Of a DNA stretch of 64,000 nt, positions 55,865-64,000 are shown one piece after another. This stretch comes from Chrysomallon squamiferum (Eukaryota; Animalia; Mollusca). A program made the position numbers and the translations under genes. Below the pieces are notes generated by a model. It made no database searches and had not been told where the DNA came from. It saw nothing but the letters and a program-made list of their open reading frames with translations. Each line of letters opens with the position of its first letter. Within the stretch, counting starts at the first letter, position 1. The DNA lies in contig CM022666.1 of the NCBI GenBank assembly GCA_012295275.1, positions 15,376,001 to 15,440,000 of the forward strand. Reading direction: 5' to 3'.

Positions 55865-56261
55865 AAGTACACAATGATGGAAAGAAGAGCAAGAAAAGAA
55901 AATAGCTACTGAACATACAAAACTGATTTTTCAACAGACATTAATGACACGTTACTTTAAACAGAAACTCTCATTTCTGTTTTTAGTAACGTTTTGTACT
56001 GGAGTGACACGCACAGTATCTTAATCTTCCTTTATAATCATTACAGTATATCATGTAATTAACGACCAAGTATTTATGGCAATGTTTTTATTTTTTATCT
56101 TTTATCAGCCAGATCATTTTCATTTGTGCGTATGTGCGTTTGTACGTACATGCACTTTTCAAAATCTCTGTTAATGCCATTTTTTTGAAGAAAAACAAAA
56201 TCAACATTGCTATATTTAGGTATAATTTTATATTTGAATCGTTATAGAACTCTTATATTTT

Positions 56262-56309
<48 letters not shown>

Positions 56310-57617
56310 GTGTAAACAAACAGGAGTATATTCCATATATTTCGGAAAATTCCGTTACCTACGGAACTTCACGACATGGTTAATAATACTCTGACGTCAT
56401 TCGTTAGATGGAAGCTGTTACTTGATGAGAACAGATGAACACCGGTAAGTTATTTTACATACAACAACAACTATACTACTACTACTACTGCTACTACTAC
56501 TACTACTACTAATAAATACAAGTTTTACAACCAGTGTATGTATACATTCATTGCAATGGAGATAGCTACATTTTACAAATAAAAGTTGAAACTGATCTGT
56601 CATAACTTGTTCACAAAATAAGAATAGATCATCAGTGCCAAAATAAAGCAAGTGAAATGAAACTTTATTTGGATAATGAACTGAGCATTGCATTATTGTT
56701 GTTGTTATTGTTATCATTATTTATTTATTTATTTGTTTAATTATTATTTTAAATTCAAATTTAAAAAAGCTTTTCAATCTTTTCAGCTAGAAGAAATCTT
56801 TTCTTTTAAAACAAATTGTGAAAGAACATTGTAAACAAGCAAAACAACAAAAAGAAAAAAAAAAAAAAAACAAAAAAAGCAACAAAAAAAACAACAACAC
56901 AACAACTCAGTCTGTATCTCTATGCCTGCCTAGTACACAGAACTGTATGTCTATCTAACTACTGCCTACCTCTGTATGTTTATGTCTAACCATCTCTCTT
57001 TGACTGAGAATCCCAATGCCACCATAACTGGCACAATATAAACTAGATGCTTAATCAACTGTATGGCAAGTATTTGAATAGCTGAGGTAAGATGAAAAAT
57101 GTGTAAAAATTATTATATTCATCTTATCTGTCTATAGAAAAATCTATGAAATCCTGAGATATTTTCAACCATCCGAAATAAGGATATTATTGTCATATAG
57201 TTTTCTAATTGTTTACAAACGAAAATAAAATTTATTTCTGCACAAAAGTATTAAAGATATTGATTAAAAATACCTGCTTACTATTCCAAATTTCTTTCTG
57301 TACAAAAGTATTAAAAATATTGTAAAAGAAATACATTCTGACCATATTACACATATTTATATAGACCAATATACATTCCCAAATGCAAAACATTTTCAAG
57401 CAACCTGTAGTAACAAAAATAGCAATAAAAACAAATAATAACAATAATAATACAACTACTACTACTAATAATAAAAACAGTAATATATACTTAATAATAA
57501 TAATAAAATAATAATGGATGAAGAAATTAATAAATTCAGAATAAAAAAACAACAACGACAACAAAACAACAAAAACAATCACACAGAGAAAAAACCCACA
57601 AGAACCACAAATGTATA

Positions 57618-57631
57618 TTTATTTATTTATT
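57618..57631 (-). terminator. Candidate MAO poly(A) signal, implying a 3' UTR of about 2.7 kb
   Basis: Minus strand shows TGTA upstream, tandem AATAAA, then a GT-rich element (tttgtggttcttgtggg). Confidence 0.45.
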
Positions 57632-58399
57632 ATCAGTTTGTACAAAATTATTCATTAATGTAAACAGTTCTCATACAAATGTCTTGACATATAAAAAATT
57701 GAACAAAAACAACATTAACAGTAGTATTACTTCTAATGTCAATACCATTACTAATACTATCACAATGTCTTTACTATTAATAAAATGGATTACTACCAGG
57801 AAGGTTATTACAACCTCCAGTCAAAAACCTGGAAACTATAAGTCTTAAAAGTCTTGACAATGCATGTTGGGAAAGTTACTGTACAAGTCAGATAAAATTG
57901 TTAATTTAGTGATGCTCTCGAAAAATTCATTTTCAAATGCTGTCAGTCTTGTAAGTAAAATGCAATAAAAAAACAAAAAAAAAAAAAAAAAAAAAACCTA
58001 TCTTTAAATATAGTTTTGAAATATAAATATTAAATAAATATAAATGATCAAAGACTTGAAAATCAAGTTTTCATGTAAATCAGGTTACTGGTGCTGAACA
58101 GTTCCTGAAAGTTTCATTAGTCAGTTGATCTATTTAGAGTATTCACATTTTCCCTCTGCATTACTTCTCAAATTCTGTCGTTTATAACATTCTTTTAGAT
58201 TTTTTTTTGTCAGTGGATCTTTAAAAAATATTTGTTATTTGTTTCTTGATTATTAATATATGTGCGTACATGTATAAAAACTAGTTTTCATACTTGTTTC
58301 CAGCTATAACCAACCTATAAAGCTAACATTTAATAAATCTTAAACAAAGAAAGCATCATCACTATAGTAAGCACAAGAACATTAGAAAATTGGAACATC

Positions 58400-58433
<34 letters not shown>

Positions 58434-60017
58434 ATAATTTTTTTATATATATATATATATAAGCCACCCCAAAAAATATATACATATATATAAAATAAAA
58501 AAAAAAAAACATCACAATTATTCTAAAAAAATAAAAATGGTAAATATGTCCAGCAATTTCAAGTCACTTTAATTATTTTCAGTCAAGAGAATATTCTTCA
58601 GTGAATAGAACATTTAAGAAATGACAGGTATAAAATATGAAGCTCAGCAAACATACATACATCATCTTCAATTAATTTCAGCAACATGAACCATTCACAA
58701 TAACAAAAAAGTGATTCTAAGAGATTCTGAATGCAACTTTTTGACAAATTACTCATAAAATAGTTATTCTAAAAGATTTAAACACAACTTTGTTAGTTAA
58801 AAAAAAAAAAAATGATTATTACATTTATGTTTTTAATATATATACCGTAAGCATCAACAACAACAAAAAATAAATAATAATAAACAATTTCAAGCAAAGA
58901 TTTTTAAAAAAAACAACAACATATTTATGAATTGTTTTTAATACAAAATAAAAATTAAAATAAATTCTAATTTAATTGAAACGATTTACCCCCCCAAACA
59001 TTTCCACATTTATAGAAGTTTTTATATTGTTAACACACAAAAAAATACAGTATTAATATCACAATCAGTCTTTCTCAAAAACTCCACATTTTCCTACTCA
59101 GTTGACTAAAGAAAGCTTGATTATTTTGATCATTTAAATACACTGTCATGTCTGATTCAGAATTTATCAAATACTTCAATTGACTAGATCATGGTAATTT
59201 CATTTATAAATAAAAAATAAATTAAATTTAAAAAATCTCGTATATGACTGTCTTTTCAAAATTTGGCAACAACAATAGTATTTGATTGTTTTTAATTTGA
59301 TAAAAAAATATATAATAAAAAAATGTTCCCTCTAAAACTTAACAAATATTGCAGTGAATAGATCAATGAATGTAAAAAAAATATCACAATAATAAAAAAA
59401 AAAATCAACTGATTTTTCTTTCAAAATTTATCAAATATTGAAGTCATTGTTTATTAAACTTTCACATTTTTTTGAAAAGTCAAAAAAAAAAAAACAACAA
59501 CAAACAAATCAAATAAAAAGAACATATTCCCTTCAAAAATTGCAATGAGTAGATTATCATACTGGTCATTAATAAAAAATGAAAAATCAAAATAACCACC
59601 ACCAACAACAGAAATACAAAAAGCAATCTAAGTATAGTAAATACCATAATAATCCTATATTGTATATTCATTTAAAAAATAATAATAAAGTAAAAAGTAG
59701 ACATATTTTGTACAAAGCTTAACAAATAATGCAATGACTATCTCTTTGTATATTCATTATAAAATACAACTTGTTTTCCCTTCACAGTTTTCATAAAAAC
59801 AATAATAATTTTTTTTCTTTACAAATTAATAAAAAATGCAATTGCCATTTTCTGTCCAGATCTTATCAAATATTCTAATCAATTTTATTTAAAAAAAAGG
59901 ATATTTCCTATAAAATGTATCAAATACTATAATCAAAAATTATTTGTAATTTCATTATAAAATGTAATTTTCCTCAAAAGTTTATCAAATATTCTCATCA
60001 AAAATGACTGTAATTTC

Positions 60018-60052
<35 letters not shown>

Positions 60053-60310
60053 ATGTTTCCTCCAAAGTTTAGCAAAATTCATAATCCTGGATTTGTAATA
60101 TTTAAAAAAAATGTTTTTTATTTTTTTAATAAAATTTCCCAGACACATAACCTCCAAGATGTATCAAATATAGTGTAATTTAATTGCTGAGAAATCCTTT
60201 TTTTATAAACCAAAAGTATTATTCTCTCTGTTGCAGTTCAAATACCATTCTCTTTGGTTTGATGTACAAAAAAACCACCATGTAGTCTCAGTGTAAGAGA
60301 ATGTCCCACT

Positions 60311-60454
60311 TCAGTGATGATATTTATGATACACAAAAAAGCTGGTTGCTGCTACTCCAATAAGGACTGATGTACTAACAAGTCCAAGAAACACTGGAAC
60401 AGATGGCGCATTCCTTTCCCAGAAACTTGTTTCAAACGGTCTTGGTCGTACCTC
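60311..60454 (-). CDS. MAO: MAO last coding exon (mitochondrial outer-membrane C-terminal anchor)
   Basis: ttttacag|GAG GTA CGA...CAC TGA; 47 aa with an [10 protein letters not shown] motif followed by a hydrophobic helix. Confidence 0.93.
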   Translation of the reverse strand, partial: EVRPRPFETSFWERNAPSVPVFLGLVSTSVLIGVAATSFFVYHKYHH

Positions 60455-62255
60455 CTGTAAAAAAATAAAATAAAATAAAATAAAAAATAAAGATAAGAAA
60501 CCGTTTTTCTTTTCTATAATGAAAAATTATTTCAGTACACTTTTGTTTGTATTTATATTATTTTGTGTGTATTTAATTATATACTATTATTTTGTATGTA
60601 TCTTATGTGCATGTGTGTGTGTGTGTGTTTGTTGTATGAATATGGTTTGTGAATGTGTGTTTAGGTATCTGTGTTTGTGTGTGCATATTTGTTTCTGTGT
60701 ATGTATGTGTTTAAATGTGCATTTCAGTGTGTATGTATGTGTATGTATTAAAGAATATTTCTCAGACATTAAATTTTTAAAAACTATCTTCATGTTTCTA
60801 CTCATTTGTTTCCAGTTTCACTACTGTAGCTACTGTTTCACTGACAAGTCCTTTTTAACCAGTTTTGTTAAAGATGCAATTCTTTTACTAAAAATTGGAA
60901 ATTATTGTTTTGTTAACTCATTTTATCACCAGAGGAAAAAAAAGAAAGGTAAAGTGTGCACTTTAGTATAGTTCAAAACTCTTTATTATTTATTTATTTA
61001 TTTATTTATATTAATAAATTAATTTGGTATATAAAATCTCTTGGCTTGTCTGGCTTTGATTTCAAGAAAAGTTTAAGAAAAGTAAGAAATACTTTTTTTC
61101 ATGGTTATATCAGACAAAATATTATGATTAATAATCACTCAGGTAAGAAGAAAAGAAACCAGCTGCTGCCATGTCTTTGATTAGCAGCAAGAAATATTTC
61201 ATATATATGTACCATCCCATAGACAGGACAATAAACACCAAACGGCTTTGTTAGACCAGTGTTTCAGGAGTGGCTAGAATTAGAAACAGACAAGTTGGTC
61301 CACCCAGAGGGACTGATCTTATGAGCAACCAAATGCACCTTCAGGGACTACCCTACCACTATGCTACATCACTAATATTGTACGTGTATAATACTATATG
61401 TGTATAATACTGTATGTGTATAACACTATGTGTATAATACTGTTTGTGTATAATATTGTATGTGTATAATATTGTATGTGTATAATACTGTTTGTGTATA
61501 ATATTGTATGTGTATAATACTGTATGTGTATAATACTGTTTGTGTATAATATTGTATGTGTATAATACTGTTTGTGTATAATACTGTATGTGTATAATAT
61601 TGTATGTGTATAACACTGTATGTGTATAATACTGTATGTGTATAACACTGTATGTGTATAATACTGTATGTGTATAATACTGTATGTGTATAATACTGTA
61701 TGTGTATAATATTGTATGTGTATAATACTGTATGTGTATAATACTGTTTGTGTATAATACTGTATGTGTATAATACTGTATAATATTGTATGTGTATAAC
61801 ACTATGTGTATAACACTATGTGTATAATATTGTATGTGTATAACACTGTATGTGTATAATACTGTATGTGTATAATATTGTATGTGTATAACACTGTATG
61901 TGTATAATATTGTATGTGTATAACACTGTATGTGTATAATACTGTATTTGTATAATATTGTATGTGTGTAATATTGTATGTGTATAATACTGTATGTGTA
62001 TAATACTGTATGTGTATAATATTGTATGTGTATAATACTGTACCATGTCCTCTGGTTCCTCCTGCCAAATCTGGTCAGGTTGGATTTTGCCCATTTCAGC
62101 CAGAATCTGAGTAACAGAAACATACACTCATCATCTGAACCAGCACACAGAGTAATTTTAACTAAGTTTTTGTTTTTCACAAAAAAGTTACAATGACAGA
62201 TGATGATTTGAAGCAAAAAGAATAAAATAATAAAAAATAAAAAGTAATAATATAC

Positions 62256-62306
<51 letters not shown>

Positions 62307-62476
62307 TAAATAAATAAATAAATAGAAGAGAAAAAAAAGAGATGAACAAAGACCACTACCATCCCCTAAAACTGAAAAAACAAAACATAAATAAATAAAA
62401 AGGCAGAGATTGTTTTTTTTTATAAATTTGTAATTTTGTCATCCTTTATTTTTATCAAAGTAAAATATTTTTAAAG

Positions 62477-62513
<37 letters not shown>

Positions 62514-63557
62514 AATATAAAATTCAAAATCAGTAAGTTCTGAATTTTAACTTTGTAATAAACTTACCTCCCTTGCAGCGCGCTCTCCTGCTTGTATTGC
62601 ACCCTCCATGTAACCTGACCAGTAGGTGGCAGTTTCTGTCCCTGCAAAGTACAGGCGCCCTATTGGCTTCCTTATTTCTCTGAAAACAAACACACAAAAG
62701 TAGAATAATGTGAATCTTTGATGAATTAGCTGTGGAACACTGTTGGAACTTGAAATTGGTAATTAAGTTTTTGTCTTAGATTTCAGAGATTACCAAAAAT
62801 TGTTATTTATATTTTTAAAGACATAATTATTTCTCTACTAAATGAGAAATTTTTATTTTTTATTTTGCTACTCATAAACTGTTATTCTACTAAAAATACT
62901 GCTAAGTACTCTTCAACTCAAAAAAAAAAAACAACAACTAGAGAATTATTATTTTACTCAAAATTACATACTAATATTATACTCAAAACAATTATCATTT
63001 TAGTAAGAAATTTTGAAAATTACCACTTTACTCAAAAGCGTAGATTATAATTATGTTACTCGAACACACTGATGAACATTATACTACTCAAATATATACA
63101 TTATTCTGCAAACAATAAAACAACAAAGCAGTGATGATTCGTCAGTTATAACCTTTTAATTTTTTTTTTTTTTAATTTTTATTAACGATCAAATGAGACT
63201 GTATAAAAATATTAATGTTAAAAAAATGTCCTGTCAGAGTGAAAGGCATAACATCTTCAATTTATCTAGAATTCTTAATGTGTATTTCTGCAAATAAACA
63301 ATAGGGTGGATGGAAAAAAAAAAGAAAAAAAAAACATTTTCTTTGAACAACCAGGAATTTTACAATTCTTGTATCATCGGACATAACTGGATGGTAAAAC
63401 CATCATGTGGAAAGCACACTAAATGTTTTTAAATGATTTATTTGCAAGTGAAAACTTACTTTCCAAACTTGGTGAGGAAACCAGGTGGCATCATGGTGGT
63501 GTAACAGCCTCCAGACCATTGCTCAGCCAACCAGTTCATTTCTTCATAGTGAATAGG
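60311..63557 (-). CDS. MAO: Monoamine oxidase (flavin-containing amine oxidase, MAO-A/B-like), last four exons; 5' part lies beyond the window; complement(join(60311..60454,62044..62106,62568..62679,63460..63557))
   Basis: [33 protein letters not shown] (SGGCY covalent-FAD motif) / [37 protein letters not shown] / [21 protein letters not shown] / [47 protein letters not shown]. Introns are GT-AG and in phase; the C-terminal hydrophobic anchor is present. Confidence 0.97.
61060..61372 (-). mobile_element. Degenerate tRNA-derived SINE, same family, in the last MAO intron
   Basis: Minus strand A-box TAGCATAGTGG; core GTCCTGTCTATGGGATGG...TTGCTGCTAATC...CAGCAGCTGGTTTC. Confidence 0.7.
61373..62042. 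repeat. 16-bp minisatellite (TATAATACTGTATGTG)n, about 40 copies, in the last MAO intron
   Basis: The periodicity is directly visible and explains the 16-aa-periodic pseudo-ORFs. Confidence 0.95.
62044..62106 (-). CDS. MAO: MAO penultimate exon (63 nt)
   Basis: ttactcag|ATTCTGGCT...GACATG|gtacag; similar to MAO-B [21 protein letters not shown]. Confidence 0.93.
62568..62679 (-). CDS. MAO: MAO exon (FAGTETA...GYMEGA...GERAARE, 112 nt)
   Basis: tttcag|AGAAATAAGG...AGGGAG|gtaagt. Confidence 0.97.
63460..63557 (-). CDS. MAO: MAO exon with the SGGCY FAD-attachment motif (98 nt)
   Basis: ttgcag|CCTATTCAC...TTTGGAAA|gtaagt. Confidence 0.96.
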
Positions 63558-63936
63558 CTGCAAGTATTAAACAAATTTATCTCCATGTACAGGCTGACAG
63601 TCTATCATGCAAACCCTTTCAAAAACATCAATGTTTAATGAGGTGTAGTTTAATTTGTACATGATACAAAGTTTTACTGAAACTTTTCCTTGCAAATAAA
63701 TGATTTTTTTTTTTTTGTCTGTCGTTAAAGAGTGTAGAAAATAGTAAAGGTCCTATAATGATGATGATAATTACTATCACCATTATCACCATCATCATCA
63801 TTATGGCAATAGTAATAATATAATAATAATAATAATAGCCAATTGTAATAACATTAACAATAATTATGATCATAATTTTATGATAGCAATAATCAGATTA
63901 ACAACAATATTAATGACGTTAATAATAATAATAATA

Positions 63937-63968
<32 letters not shown>

Positions 63969-64000
63969 CACAAACAACAATAAGTTATTTTATAATAAAA

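Noticed and set aside
61359-62216. 285-aa Y/H/T/I-rich ORF, the longest in the track
   Set aside because: It is the translation of the 16-bp minisatellite in a MAO intron; only 62044-62106, in another frame, is a real exon.

Overview
This is AT-rich, microsatellite-dense eukaryotic DNA. It is probably a gastropod mollusc, inferred only from a tRNA-derived SINE resembling mollusc SINEs. Almost all ORFs in the supplied track are simple-repeat artefacts. Reading splice sites by hand gives three real intron-containing genes. (1) A + strand gene (CDS 43923-54120, 5 coding exons, 245 aa) encodes a signal peptide, an acidic pro-region and four EF-hands; its intron positions and phases match calmodulin, so it appears to be a secreted calmodulin derivative. 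(2) A complete 3-exon gene nested antisense inside its last intron (53735-51498, 165 aa) encodes a divergent TNF-homology-domain protein with a classical signal peptide and no type II membrane anchor. (3) The last four exons of a monoamine oxidase gene lie on the - strand (63557-60311), convergent with gene 1. The first ~43 kb has no recognisable coding exons. It holds CpG-retaining unique islands, promoter-like patches, CRE-rich degenerate arrays, minisatellites, dispersed repeats and a hAT-type MITE whose empty site is also in the window. A ~300-bp inverted repeat pair brackets the signal-peptide exon of gene 1.
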